The notes under the pieces are model-generated. The model was not told the DNA's origin, did no database searches, and saw only the letters and a program-made list of their open reading frames with translations. From NCBI RefSeq assembly GCF_009914755.1, contig NC_060933.1: a stretch of 64,000 nt of DNA; one strand, written 5' to 3'. The stretch's first letter is position 1. Each line of letters opens with the position of its first letter. The position numbers and the translations under genes are program-made. Positions 37,151-57,515 of this stretch are shown in pieces. This DNA comes from the human T2T-CHM13v2.0 reference genome, Homo sapiens.

Positions 37151-37914
37151 TGACTCATGGCTGAGTCATGATTTAAAAATACAAAACCTTTATGCCTTAA
37201 TTTTTCCTTCTGCCAAGAAAAATAAAAATATAACTAATAAATGATTAAACACATTTTATTTAAGGCTCTCCTTATGGAGCTGTACAAATTAAAAGTTCTA
37301 AGGCTGAATTTAAAGTAATAGTTACAAAGTATCTGCTTTCTTCTTTCTTAGAGTCTATCTCTCAATTTGAGGACCATTCTTTCCTTCCTTAGATAAACCA
37401 TCTAAAATTAATACAACTCTTCTATTTACAGGTGACATGATTTTATTTGTAGAAAATTCTAAGGAATACACACACACACAGAAAAAAAAATCATTAAAGC
37501 CAATACATGAATTCAGAAGGTTGCAGGACATAAAATCAACATATAAAGATCAATTGTATTTCCATACACTAATAAAGAACAATCCAAAAATAAAATTAAG
37601 AGAACAATTCCATATACAATAGCATAAAAAAGAACAAAATAGTCAGGAATAGGCCAGGCACAGTGGCTCAAGCCTATAATCCCAGCACTTTGGGAGGCTG
37701 AAGTGAGAGGATGGTTTCAGCCCAGGAGTTTGAGACCAGCCTGGGCAACATAATTAGACCCTGTCTCTACAAAAAGTAAAAATAAAAAAAGTTTGTCTGG
37801 GCATGGTGCCTCATGCCTGTAATCTTAGCACTGTGGGAGGCCGAGGTGGGCAGATCACTTGAATCAGGAGTTCAAAACCAGCCTGGCCAACATGGTGAAG
37901 CCCTGTATCTACTA

Positions 37915-38178
<264 letters not shown>

Positions 38179-38603
38179 CTAGCAGGGTGAGGTTGCAGTG
38201 AGCCATGTTTGTGCCATTGCACTCCAGCTTGGGTGACAGAGTGAGACTCTGTTTCAAAAAAATAAAATAAATAAATGCAAAACTTGTATGCAAAGAGCTA
38301 CAAAATATTTTAAGAAATTAAAGAAGATCCAAATTAATGGAAAGATATCCCATGTTCATACATCAGAAGAAATAGTATTTTATAGATGGCAATACTCTCC
38401 AAATTGATTCAATGCAATACATATAAGAATCTCAGCTAGCTTAGAAGTGGATAAACTGGGCCGGGTGCAATGGCTTATGCCTGTAATCCCAGCACTTTGG
38501 GAGGCTGGGGCGAGTGGATCACAAGGTCAGGAGTTTGAGACCAGCCTGGCCAATATGGTGAAAACCCATCTCTACTAAAGATACAAAAAATTAGCTGGGC
38601 ATG

Positions 38604-40265
<1,662 letters not shown>

Positions 40266-40911
40266 TCATATGAAAACTCAAGAGGCAAAGAATAGCCAAA
40301 CCAGTCTTGAAAAAGAACATTTCCCAGTTTCATAGCTAACTATGAAGATACAGTATTCAAGACAGTCAGAGTGGTACTAGTACAATGGCAGACAGATCTA
40401 CATCAATGGAGTAAAACTAAGAGTCCAGAAATAAGCCATTACATTCATTGTTAGTTGATTTTTGACCAGTATGCCAATACAACTTGATAGAGAAAGAATA
40501 ATCTTCTCAACAAATGCTGATGGGAGAACTAGCTGTCTCCAATCAAATATATGAAACTGGACCCCTACATTACACCATATACAAAATCAACTTAAAACAA
40601 ATCAGGGACCTAAATAAGAGTGAAAACGATACAACTCTTAAAAGAAAAGAAAGCATAAATCTGTAAAAATCATATATTTTATAAGGGCCTTATATCCAGA
40701 ATACATAAGAAATTCTTACAACTCAACAATAAAGAGACAATGCAATTAAGAAGTGGGCACAATGGATCTTAATGGACATTTCTCCAAAGAAGATCTACAA
40801 ATGGCCTATGAGCACTACTTAAAATCATTAATCATTAGGGAAATCCCTATTGAATGCACAATGAGGTATCACTTCATATATACTTGGAAGGCTATAATAA
40901 AAAAGATGGAC

Positions 40912-41332
<421 letters not shown>

Positions 41333-41728
41333 TCAAAAATTAAACATAGAATTACCACATGACCAGCAATGCCACTCCTAAGTATATACACAAGAGAACT
41401 GAGAACACGTTGTCAAAAACTTCTAGGCACATCTTCACAGCAGCATTATTCATAATGGCCAAAAAGTGGAAACAACCCAAATGTCCATCCACTGACGAAT
41501 GGATCAACAAAATGTGAATATTTGTACAGTAAAATATTACTCGGCCCTATAAAGGAATGAAATTCTGATACAAGTTGTAACAGGGATGAACCCTAAAAAC
41601 ATTATGCTAAGTCAAAGAAAGCAGAAAAAAATTCACAGGGAAAGAAGGATTAGTGGTTATCTGGGACTGAAGGTGGAGGGCAATGGTGAGTGACTACTAA
41701 TGGCTATGGGGTTTCTTTTTGGGATGAC

Positions 41729-42133
41729 TGCTATGGTTTGAATGCTTGTCCCCTCCAAAACTCAGGTTGAAACTTAATCCTTAATGTAACAATACTAAGA
41801 GGTGGGGCCTTTAAGCGGTAACTGGGTCTTGAGGGCTTTGCTCTCATGAATGAATTAATCCATTCAGGCGTTAATGGATGGATGGGTTATCGTGGGAATG
41901 GGTTGGTTATCACGAGACCGGGTCTGTTATAAAAGCTAGGTTGGCTCTCTCTTGGCATGAGATGTCTTCTGCCACGTTCAGACACAACACGTGGCCCTCA
42001 CCAGAAGTCGACCAGTTGTGGCTCCTTGACCTGGGATTTCCCAGAATCTCAAACTGTAACAAATACATTTATTTTTCAAACAAATTATCCAGTCTCAGAT
42101 ATTCAGTTATAGCAACAGAAAATATACTAAGGC
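41729..42133 (+). mobile_element. MST (MaLR) solo LTR
   Basis: tgctatggtttgaatg ... agcaacagaaaatatactaaggca. Confidence 0.8.
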
Positions 42134-43398
42134 ACCTTGGATTCAGTCACACCTGCAGCCACTCAGTTCCTCCTCTTTCATAAGCTAAGACTAAGACAAT
42201 GATAAAATGTTCTGAAATTATACAGTGGTGATCAATGCACAACTTGGTGAATATACCGAAAACTTTAAATGTGGAATCATTCACTTTAAAAAGGTGAACA
42301 TTAGCCTACGTGAATTGTATCGCAATGAAGTAGTCATTAAATGTAACACTTTCTACTTAGAAAAAGCTAGCACACAAAAGTCCTGAAAAGTTTTAGCTTG
42401 CAGAACAATCTAAAGGTACTCAATAACAAAACAGTGATTCTTACAGAACAACATTTGTAAGTTTATGGCTTTCAAATTCTTTACTATTATTCCCCTTTTC
42501 ATATTACTTTTATATAAACTGGAAAATAAATGCAGAAAGAACACTGGTAAGCAATTTCTCCTGTTCTGAAGACACATAGGTGGATTTGGATACACTATCA
42601 CTCTATCGGTTTCCTTTAAATGTAATAAGTATTACAAACAGTAAATGCCTGTTATAAATGTAAAGAGCTGATGCTGCTCCCTGTTAAAGATGTTCCTTTT
42701 TTTACCAGAAACCAAACAGATGGCTAACCTGCTACAAACCGATAAGCAGCTATATCTGATAAGCATAGACACTTCTGTTACCACATTAAATCCTATGTTA
42801 AGACCAGTCTAGGAACAACAGAGGCTTTGTTAGAAGCGATGAAAGAGATACTCTTTTCACAACTTGGTTACTGCACAAAAATTTATTGGTGAAATTCTCT
42901 GTGGTGCTGTTCATGATAAATAAGTCCTTTATAGTCTACTGAAGCCTTACAACTGTCACATATACCTGAACATACCAATACACAAAAGTCCTTCCAAAAG
43001 TGCAGATGTGAAAAATCCATCAAACATTTGTGGGGCTTGATGATCTATCCAGTAACTGCTATCAGTAAAGCTAATACTCATCAGTGCCCTGCAGCTTTCC
43101 TTCCCACTGCCTCACTGTTCCTGTGGGTCAGTGATATGTCCAGTGGCTCTCCTTTACCTCATCTCCGGGAGTGAAAGGCTTCTCTACAATTCCTGGGAGA
43201 TTGGCCTGGGTGGGATTGGGGGTGGGGGCACACCACAGTGTATCAAGTTTAAGCTGAACTACATATCTGCTTAAAACAATGCTAATGCCCAATCTTCTCT
43301 AGGTTTGTCTGGGTACAGATACCACATCTGCCTTATCTTTCTTCCTGAGCAGTTTCATTCACACTGCTTGAAAGCCCCACTTAACATAAATGTGATCA

Positions 43399-43727
<329 letters not shown>

Positions 43728-43759
43728 TATAAAGGCTGTTAATATATATTAAAAAAATA

Positions 43760-45137
<1,378 letters not shown>

Positions 45138-45139
45138 CT

Positions 45140-45500
45140 CAAAGTTGTTTTCTTAAGGGAAGTTCATTGGCACTGGCAGCGTCTTATAGCTGGTGTGTTC
45201 TGATTGATGAGTGTCAGCAGTTGCTAGATAGGACTTGTAATCTTGGAGTTACAGTTAGGCTCTTCCAGTTTTGGACTGGGTGTGTCAGGCAGATGCTCTC
45301 ATATAATGGCTAGCTGTCCTTGTGCTGCTAGCTGTCCTTGTGTGACACATGTAGTAAGCTGTGGTTTGGAAAATTTTTTTGTGATAGTTCCTGTTATCAG
45401 CCAAATCATGTGTGAGAGCCCTCCCTTCATTGCCTTCCCTAACTCCGTTATACTAGAGTTTGACACAAGTGACTCCATTTTGAATTTGACAACTTTCACA
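45140..45500 (-). mobile_element. MER34-like ERV1 LTR fragment
   Basis: Minus strand begins tgtgaaagttgtcaaattcaaaatggagtcac. Confidence 0.55.
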
Positions 45501-45969
45501 TAGACCAAAGAACAAAGTTATCGTTGAGGCTGAAATAGCTGGTGAAGGCTTCAGAAGGCACACATAGGAGTAGAAGGATGTGAAAAATATGGATAAGCAG
45601 AGGGTTCATGAGGGAATTCTGAGCATCAGAAGCATTAAGTTATCTGGCATGAGGCATTAGTAAGAAAACTGCTAGATAGGGAGATTCAAGTTGAAGAAGA
45701 TAAGATTGAATGGCTAAGTATAAGGAAAGTCACATGGAATCTCAGAAGTCTTGTAAGCATGCTAGGTGCTCATTCATTCAGTATACATAAGTATTATATG
45801 GTAACAATATGAAAAGTACTAGATATACAATAGTAAACAAAAGACATATCACGCTTGCCTTCATGGCCTTAGGCGGCACAATATACAAATAAATAAACAT
45901 GTAAGTAATCAAAAAAAGTGTTAAGTGCCAAGAAGGAAATTGAGAGAATGCAGGGGGAAGACTTCTTGA

Positions 45970-46283
<314 letters not shown>

Positions 46284-46388
46284 AATAGGAAAGGCTTTTC
46301 TAGGGTGATAGCATTGAAGACAACGGACTTTTTTTCAAGGTGGTAGAAGGAAGAAGGAAGCAGCTTCCTACACAGAGGTATCAGATAG

Positions 46389-46716
<328 letters not shown>

Positions 46717-47222
46717 CAGCTTGACTTTTTTTTTTTTTTTTTTTTTTTAAAGCAATGAAAGCGCTAAGTGTAGCTGTAGCTTAGCAGGAAAGTGGGGAGA
46801 GAATAAGGTGATGTTACAGAGGTAAGAATAAACCATTCAGAGGCTAACAGGGCAGGTTACAGAGTATGGATGTTTTGTGCAGTGCATGCTTGGTAAAAAT
46901 GGATGCATCAACTTTCTTTTTATAGAGTTATGCATTCATCAACAGCAGGTCTGATTTTGTAGGTTTGGGGCAGGGGAACCCAGGTTCTGCATTTTGCACA
47001 ACCATCCCATGTAACTTCTGATACACAGAGTGTTCAGGAAGGCACTTGGAGAATTATGCTCTAGAAGGCTCACTGGTCTCACCACCGGTAAAGTTCACTT
47101 GAAGTAAATGTTTTGATATCATGGCTTAGATTCTCATCTGGAGAAGTTAGGAACAAGGGTCTCCTTGGTGCCCACCTAACCGCCCAGTGCAGACTCAGAT
47201 CCACACTACACACACACACTGA

Positions 47223-47556
<334 letters not shown>

Positions 47557-48149
47557 TGAACTTACTGTTTTTCACAAGAACACAGTACCATGCTCAGTTA
47601 ATGACTACCCAGAACTAGATGGGGACTCCCAAAGTGCCATCGTCAAGAAAGGGCCCCAGAATGCACTAATTTTGTTTTAAAGACATAAGACTGTGCAGAA
47701 TTCCAGAGGGCAGGAATCATTTGTCTTTGATTCCTAGAACCTGACATAATGCTGAACACATAGCTACATAGAAGACGCTGGTAACTGCTTCCATTTTTGT
47801 TAAGAGTGGCAGTTAAGTGGCTGAAAAAAGTGTTATGTTAAAATTACTGCTAAAATGTATTAGGTATTCTCTACGAACTAAGAGTGTGTTTTCTTCTATA
47901 GACAAATCTTTTCTGGTTGGATTTAAAGTTGCAATCCCCACCAGCGCCCACTTGCAGGAAGCTCTTTGTGGCTCAGGTAAAATTCTCTCTACCGCAATTC
48001 TTCGCAATTCTTCAAAATTCTGTGGAAAATCACGAAGGAAGGAAATGTTTCCCAGTCTAGTTCACGGACTAGGCTAGAAAAAATGTTTAGTAAATGCTTT
48101 ACTAAGGAAGACTTCCAATAATCTTTTAAAGCTATGTGCCAAGGTATTT

Positions 48150-48443
48150 TTTCTCTTTTTTTTTTTTTAAGTTTTGTTCTTGTCTCCCAGGCTAGAGTGC
48201 AGTGGCGGGATCTCGGTTCACTGCAACCTCCGCCTCCGGGTTCAAGTGATTCTCCTGCCTCAGCCTCCTGAGCAGCTGGGATTACGGGCGTGCACCACCA
48301 CTCCCGCCTACTTTTTGGATTTTTTGTAGACGGGGGTCTCCACATGTTGCCCAGGGTGGTCTCGAACTCCTGACCTTAAGCGATCCGCCCGCCTCGGCCT
48401 CCCGAGTAGCTGGGCCTACAGGCGTGAGCCGCTGCACAGGCCG
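48150..48443 (-). mobile_element. Alu at the CpG-island edge
   Basis: Reverse Alu with many CpGs retained. Confidence 0.85.
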
Positions 48444-49100
48444 CGATGTGGCAATTTCTTCCCAAGTTTGCAGTGTATTTTTACAAATACTAATTTAATA
48501 GCCTGGAAGGTGTGTCTCCTGGCCCAGGCCGAGCTGCAGGGGGCGCCAAGCTGCGGCTATGAGGGGAATGCAATGGAACCAAATGCTCTGAGGAGCCCCA
48601 GCACCGTGCCTCGACCTCACCGGATTCTGGTCCTCACTGCCGCCCGGGCCTTTCCGCTTCTTCACCAAGGCGGACAGGCTGACGCACTACCACGCCGCGC
48701 GACAGCGACCGCGCGCAAAGCGCCAGGAACCCCCCCTACTGCCCGCCCCGCGCTGGCGAAGCGCGACCCGTCCCGCCCCGCCCCGCCCTCGGCACAGCGT
48801 CAGAGGCGGGGACGCGCGCTGGTCTATTTTTGGGCATCCGGATGGCGACTGCGGGAAATCGAGTTCTCATGCTGGGGCGAAAGGTGTGTCTGCAGGAGCC
48901 AAATCCAAATGAGCAGTCCAGGTACTTCAGAGTTTTAACCTGAGCGAAACAGGAATGTCTCGGGTCTTAACAGGACCGTCCGCCCGCTCGGAAGAGGCGA
49001 ATCTCCCACGGCAGACGTCTGGGTGTGCGAATGCCAGTTGAGCGGGGCCTCGAGGACGCGTCACACACAGCGAGGATTTGAGGAGGGAAGCGCCTTCCAG
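48400..49100. promoter_or_regulatory. Second CpG island (orphan; likely lncRNA promoter)
   Basis: CpG-dense non-repeat DNA; triple GC box 48772-48788; YY1-like GATGGCG at 48841; E2F-like GCGGGAAA at 48851; + strand donor CAG|gtactt at 48921/2. Confidence 0.8.
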
Positions 49101-49249
49101 GTAGAACGGTTTCTGGGTTCAGAGAACGGAAAGTTCAGTAAAGTGCGTAGGGGTGAAGTGGGGATGAGGCGGGAGAGGGATGCAGCAGCTAAAATATTGC
49201 TTTGAATACCGTATTTGAGGCGTTTGGACTTTATTGTAAACGCATTTTT

Positions 49250-49523
49250 TAATTTAATTTTATTATTATTATACTTTAAGTTTTAGGATACATGTGCACA
49301 ACGTGCAGGTTTGTTACATATGTATACATGTGCCATGTTGGTGTGCTGCACCCATTAACTCGTCATTTAGCATTAGGTATATCTCCTAATGCTATCCCTC
49401 CCCCCTCCCCCCACCCCACAACAGTCCCCGGTGTGTGATGTTCCCCTTCCTGTGTCCATGTGTTCTCATTGTTCAATTCCCACCTATGAGTGCGAACATG
49501 CGGTGTTTGGTTTTTTGTCCTTG
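49250..49523 (-). mobile_element. Short L1PA (L1PA3-like) 3' end
   Basis: acagtccccggtgtgtgatg; TSD tgtaaacgcattttt (49235-49249, 49524-49538). Confidence 0.88.
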
Positions 49524-49544
49524 TGTAAACGCATTTTTAATTTA

Positions 49545-49826
<282 letters not shown>

Positions 49827-50304
49827 TTAGAGAGATAAGTGCAGTGGATTAAAATGGATTAGAAAAGGCAGGAAAAAACGATAGGCTGTTAACTTCGTTT
49901 TGGCTCTAAACTTCTCGTAAAGAAGTGGAGCAAGCAAGATGGGGAATGGAAGGCAAGAAGTATGAAATCTGAGGCGGACCTTTGCAAAGGATCGTTTCAG
50001 TATGACTTCACAGGGGAGTTAGGGAGTATAGGTGATATCTCAAGAGTTATCTCGGCCAGAGACAAGGGAGCTGGGCTTTCATACACTTACCTTGTTTTTC
50101 ATGGGTTAAGGGCCGCTGAAGAGGATGTAAGTGTGCAGACACGCCTAGCTCTGCACATTTAGGGAAAGCAGTTTAATAGGCTGAACAAAGGCAGTCCTCT
50201 CAAGATGACCCTTCAGTGTGGGCATTTGAAAGTGAAAGCAGGTTGAAGTTGAGTGAAGGGGCAGGTGTGTGTGCACAGAAGTGGTACAAAGTGATTGGAG
50301 GGGG

Positions 50305-51106
<802 letters not shown>

Positions 51107-52339
51107 TCATTCACAAGGCAGCCTTTCCCAGCCGTGATAGACAGGATTGGCCACAGGGCCAGGGTGGTACAAATGAGCCTGGGAAAACTCTTGGGTATTA
51201 ATCATGAAGAAACGTTTGCCAGCATGGCTTCACACTCTATGACTGGGTTGTACATATCAATTTTGCTTAAGGGAGAAACTTGAATTTCCTTGTATTTAAA
51301 TTTTTTTTTTAATAAGTAGAAGCAGGTTTTAAGATGTTATGAAGTCAGACTCTTGCCTTGCCAAATATAGGACAGTATTTCTCTACCATTTTCTCCCTTC
51401 AACACATGACAGATTTGAAATATACATCAACGTACTGTTGGAATCATAAAGATGTGCTTTCTGAAAGGTTAATTTGTGAACTCATATTTAGTAGCACGGA
51501 TTCCCTGACTTAAGTACTCATTTGATAAACATTATGCCAAGAAATGTGCAGAGGAAACAAAGGCAACCAGACCCTGCCCCTGCCCTTAGGCAGTTTACAT
51601 CTGGTGGAGCAGCGTAAAGACCAGCTAGAGAACAGAGAATGTTAAAATGCAGATTCTCTCCTTCAGAGTCCAACTCAATAAGTGAGGTCAGGAATCTGCA
51701 TTTCAGTAAGCCCCCAGGTGATTTTGTTGCAAGCTGTCGGGGTTATACTTTGAAAAACACTGATCTGGTGGGAGAGAGAACTCAAGATTGTGTAATGAGT
51801 TCAAGATTAGGTACTCATTCCTCTGATTCTTCCTGAAATACGTGGGGTAAACAGTGCATGGTTGCAAAAGCAAGGTAATCTGAAAGCCAGAATCAAGATT
51901 ATCTTCCAAAAGTGGATTGAGAAGACTGAGAATGCCATGGATTAAGGTAGCTTTCTGTAAACTGGGCATATATTGATTTGTGAGAGAAAGAGGTATCAGA
52001 AGATCCCAACTCTTCAATCCATTTATTCAGCAAACATTTGTTGAGTGTCTGTGTTGTTCCAGTTGCTCTCAGGCATACCGTTCTGTTTAAAGGAAAATAA
52101 TCCCTTCACCTGTGTCCTAAATCCTACTACCTCCTGTTTTCCCATAGGAATTACTTTATTGGTTGTCAGCTTCTTTTCTTGTATCTTCAGTCTTTCCTCT
52201 GCTCATTTCAACATATAAACACCTCATTTCAACATATAAACACGTTTCAATGTGTCTCATCTGAAAAATAACAACTTCTTTGACCCCTGTATCTACACTT
52301 TCTCTGACCATATCTGCTTTGTCTTCACAACCACGTGAG

Positions 52340-53200
52340 GATGCTTTTGGTTGCATGTAGCGGTAATACAACTCCCACTGGCTTAAGCAAAAGGAAATGT
52401 CCTGTTTTAAGTGACTGAAAAATCTTTAGGCAGAGCTTGGTTCAGTATCTCAAACATTTTTTTAGGACTCTGGTTTCCTTCTGTCCCTCTTCTCTCATTG
52501 AATCCTTACTCTCTACTTGAGGCCCACTTCCTACCCAATCTAGCAGCTTTAAATTCTCTCCTTATTGTTGTATTGACCATGGGAAGAAGATCTTTCCTAG
52601 TAGCCCCCAAGGAAGAGAGAGGAAGTTTGACTTTTTCAGAAGGACTCAAGACTCCTGGATAATACTGTATGTGGTATAATGACTACCATTGTGATCCTGC
52701 CTCCCTGTAACCATATCTTTTTGCATGTCACTTGCACACTGAGTCTGGGCTTGAACATATGACTGACTTTGGCCAATATAATATCTTTTTATGTGATGCA
52801 ACCAGAGATTTGAAAATTGTTCTTTGGAACCTTGAGATTTCCATGTGAAGAAGCATGAAGATTGAGAGACCATGTGGAGCAGAAATGAGCTGTCCCAGAT
52901 AAGCATCACCTCATTCCTATGATTAACTGCCACCCTTAGACCCAGACCATTAGTTCTTAGCTGAGCCAGTCCAGACCTGAAGAACCACTCAAGCCAACTG
53001 ACAAAACTGTGAGAAGTAAAAAAAGTTTGTTGTTTTAAACTATTCCACTAAATTTTGGGATAGTTTGGTTTTGTAGCAAAAGCAAGTTTACACACTGGGT
53101 TGCTTGTCTATCCCTGATCCAATCAGTATGTTAGAGGGGTTGGCTTATTGGATTAAGCCAATTAGAACTACCCTTGAAGGTGGCCTTAGAGTCAATCCCA
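52340..53200. mobile_element. Nested MLT1 (MaLR) LTR remnants
   Basis: MaLR motifs (ggcttaagcaaaagg; catatgactgactttggccaat; tgttgttttaa). Confidence 0.55.
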
Positions 53201-54159
53201 CTTAAAACTGGCTAAGAACAGGGAGATTCCCTGAGGAATCTCTGTTTCAGGACAGGAGTTTGGTTCCTGATTGTCTCATCCTTCAGGCATGTGCAGGCCT
53301 GAGGGATATAATGGACGTGGGTCTACAGAGCACTGTCTGCTGTCATGCTCCTTGAAAGGCTGAGGAGGACATACAGGAGCTCTGATCTAAGAGCCAATCT
53401 GGCCTGAAGTCTTTCAGCTGGTGTCAGGATCTGTTATGAGACTTCAGGAGCTTTGAAGGTCCAGGAGGGATTCCAGAAGGCTTTACTGGAGACCTGCTGG
53501 GTTCTTTTGGATCTTTCCCTGAATTTACCTAGGAACCAGTTTCAAGAGTTCCTATGGGAGTTTTTTAGGGAAGGAGGAGATGGGAATAAGGAATGTGGGG
53601 CGGGTAGGCAAGGTTGACAAGGCCTCAACTATAGTATCCTGGGGTTCAAATTTCTGCCTGAGTGTCTTTGTGTTCTGGACCTTAAAGTATAAGCTCTGTC
53701 CCTGGCAGGTCTCAACTCTGAGGGAATGAGGAGGTGTTTATGGGTCTCTCCCTATCCCCATAGGCTCTGTTACCTGTCGTAACAACTTCATACACAAACA
53801 CCATAGCTTATCCTTGTATCCACTGGCTTCATCCTAAAAATTCAACAGTAATCACATGTCTTCTCAAAAGGGTCCTCTTCGCTCCCCAGTTAACTATTAT
53901 TTTTTCTTTAGCCTCCCTACTGCATTCTTCTGTTTATGTGTCTGTTCAGGCTATATGGAAAGTAATGGGTGGTTATGTTATGCCCCTACTTCCATCTCAC
54001 TCTTCTCTTCTCTTGTTTGATGTAGCAATTAGGATTGCACCAAACCCCACATGTACATTGCACTGCTGCCCTCAAATTGACCTGTCACAAGGAGCGTTTC
54101 AGTTGCTTCACTAAATATAAAGAGGCTGAATCCTATTAAAAATCAGAATGTCAGTTTGC

Positions 54160-54813
<654 letters not shown>

Positions 54814-54819
54814 AACCTC

Positions 54820-55332
54820 TGCCGAGACCAGCTCGGTCACGGAGACCCTAACCCAGCGGCGCTAGAGGAAGTAAAGACACACATACAGAAATATAGAGGT
54901 GTGAAGTGGGAAATCAGGGATCTTACAGCCTTCAGAGCTGAGAGCCCCAAACAGAGATTTACCCACATATTTATTAACAGCAAACCAGTCATTAGCATTG
55001 TTTCTATAGATATTAAATTAACTAAAAGTATCCCTTATGGGAAACGAAGGGATGGGCTGAATTAAAGGAATAGGTTGGGCTAGTTAACTGCAGCAGGAAT
55101 ATGCCCTTAAGACACAGATCGCTCATGCTATTGTTTGTGGCTTAAGAATGCCTTTAAGCGGTTTTCTGCCCTGGGCGGGCCAGGTGTTCCTTGCCCTCAT
55201 TCCTATAAACCCACAACCTTCCAGCGTGGGCATTAGGGCCATTATGAACATGTTACAGTGCTGCAGAGATTTTGTTTATGGCCAGTTTTGGGGCCAGTTT
55301 ATGGCCAGATTTTGAGGGGCTTGCTCCCAACA
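54820..55332 (-). mobile_element. MER9 (HERV-K HML-3) solo LTR
   Basis: Reverse-complement homologue of 31664-32176; 6-bp TSD aacctc/aacttc. Confidence 0.88.
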
Positions 55333-55467
55333 AACTTCTGTCTGTGTGTGTGTGTAACATTATTTAATCATTATTTCAGCAATGCAAGGGGACTTCAATA
55401 TGAAATCATAACATTTAATATTCAACTTTAATATTCAGTGTTAAATAATATTAAGATAATATCAGTA

Positions 55468-55773
55468 GGCCAGGCGTGGTGGGTCAGGCCTGTAATCCCA
55501 GCACTCTGAGAGGCCACAGCAGGCAGATCACCTGAGATCAGGAGTTCGAGACCAGCCTGGCCAACATGGTGAAACCCCATCTCTACTAAAAACAGAAAAT
55601 TAGCCAGGCATGGTGGTGCACGCCTGTAATCCCAGTTACTCAGGAGGTTGAGCTTGGAGAATGGCTTGAATCCAGGAGGTGGAGGTTGCAGTGAGCTGAG
55701 ATCATGCTACTGTACTCCAGCCTGGGTGACAGAGCAATATTTTGTCTCCAAAAAAAAAAAAAAGAGAAAAAAG
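55468..55773 (+). mobile_element. AluS
   Basis: TSD atatcagta. Confidence 0.88.
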
Positions 55774-56047
55774 ATATCAGTAGATACCAAGAGAGTATCT
55801 GGTATCTATCTATTTCTACTACAAATGGATATTTCTACTACAAATTTTACGTAACTAGTGTAAAAGTTAAGAATGTGATTTATGTAAAAAATAGAAAATC
55901 AGGTAACAGATTGGCTTTAAAAGCAATGGCTAAAAAACAAAGTTAATACTAAAAATTGGAGAATAGTGAGTGGATGGAGTTTTAAATGGCAGAATATTGA
56001 TAATTGTTGAAGATGAGTGATGGGTCCACAGGGGTTATTATACTACA

Positions 56048-56928
<881 letters not shown>

Positions 56929-57204
56929 CTAAATGGCCAACAACTATATGAAAAGCTGCACACTTTTCTCAGTAGGGAAATGTGGACTGAAATGAGACAA
57001 CAATAATTGTGACAAAAATAAGTGGGAAAAAAACCCTATTAGGTACCGATGCATGGACAATATTGAAAGTACAAGAAGTAATAAGATAAAATTTTGGATA
57101 AAGTTGTAAAGAAAAAAATTGCTAGCCTGGAAAGCAAGGACAATATATATTGAAATTTAAAGTACATATAATTTCACATTGAGCAAATTCGTTCTGAATA
57201 TAGT

Positions 57205-57515
57205 TTTTACTAGGGGCTGTGGGATACCCAAAAGTTGATTAACAAATACAAAAGTACAGCTAGATAGGAGTAATAAGTTCTAGTGTTCTCTAGCACTACA
57301 GGGTGACTATAATTAACAATTTATTGTATATTTTCACATACCTAGAAGAGCACATTTTGAATGTTTCTAACACAAAGAAGTTACAAAAGTTTTGAGATGT
57401 TGGATACGTTAATTACCCTGATTTGATCTTTACGCATTGTATACTTGTTGCACAATGTCATGTTGTACCCCATAAATACGTACAATTGTTGTGTGTCAAT
57501 TATTAATAGAAATAA
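57205..57515 (+). mobile_element. L1MA 3' end
   Basis: aaagtacagctagataggagtaataagttctagtgttc motif. Confidence 0.75.

Noticed and set aside
48468-48938. 156-aa ORF in the second CpG island
   Set aside because: TTG start, low-complexity Ala/Pro/Arg content, no domain; expected in GC-rich DNA
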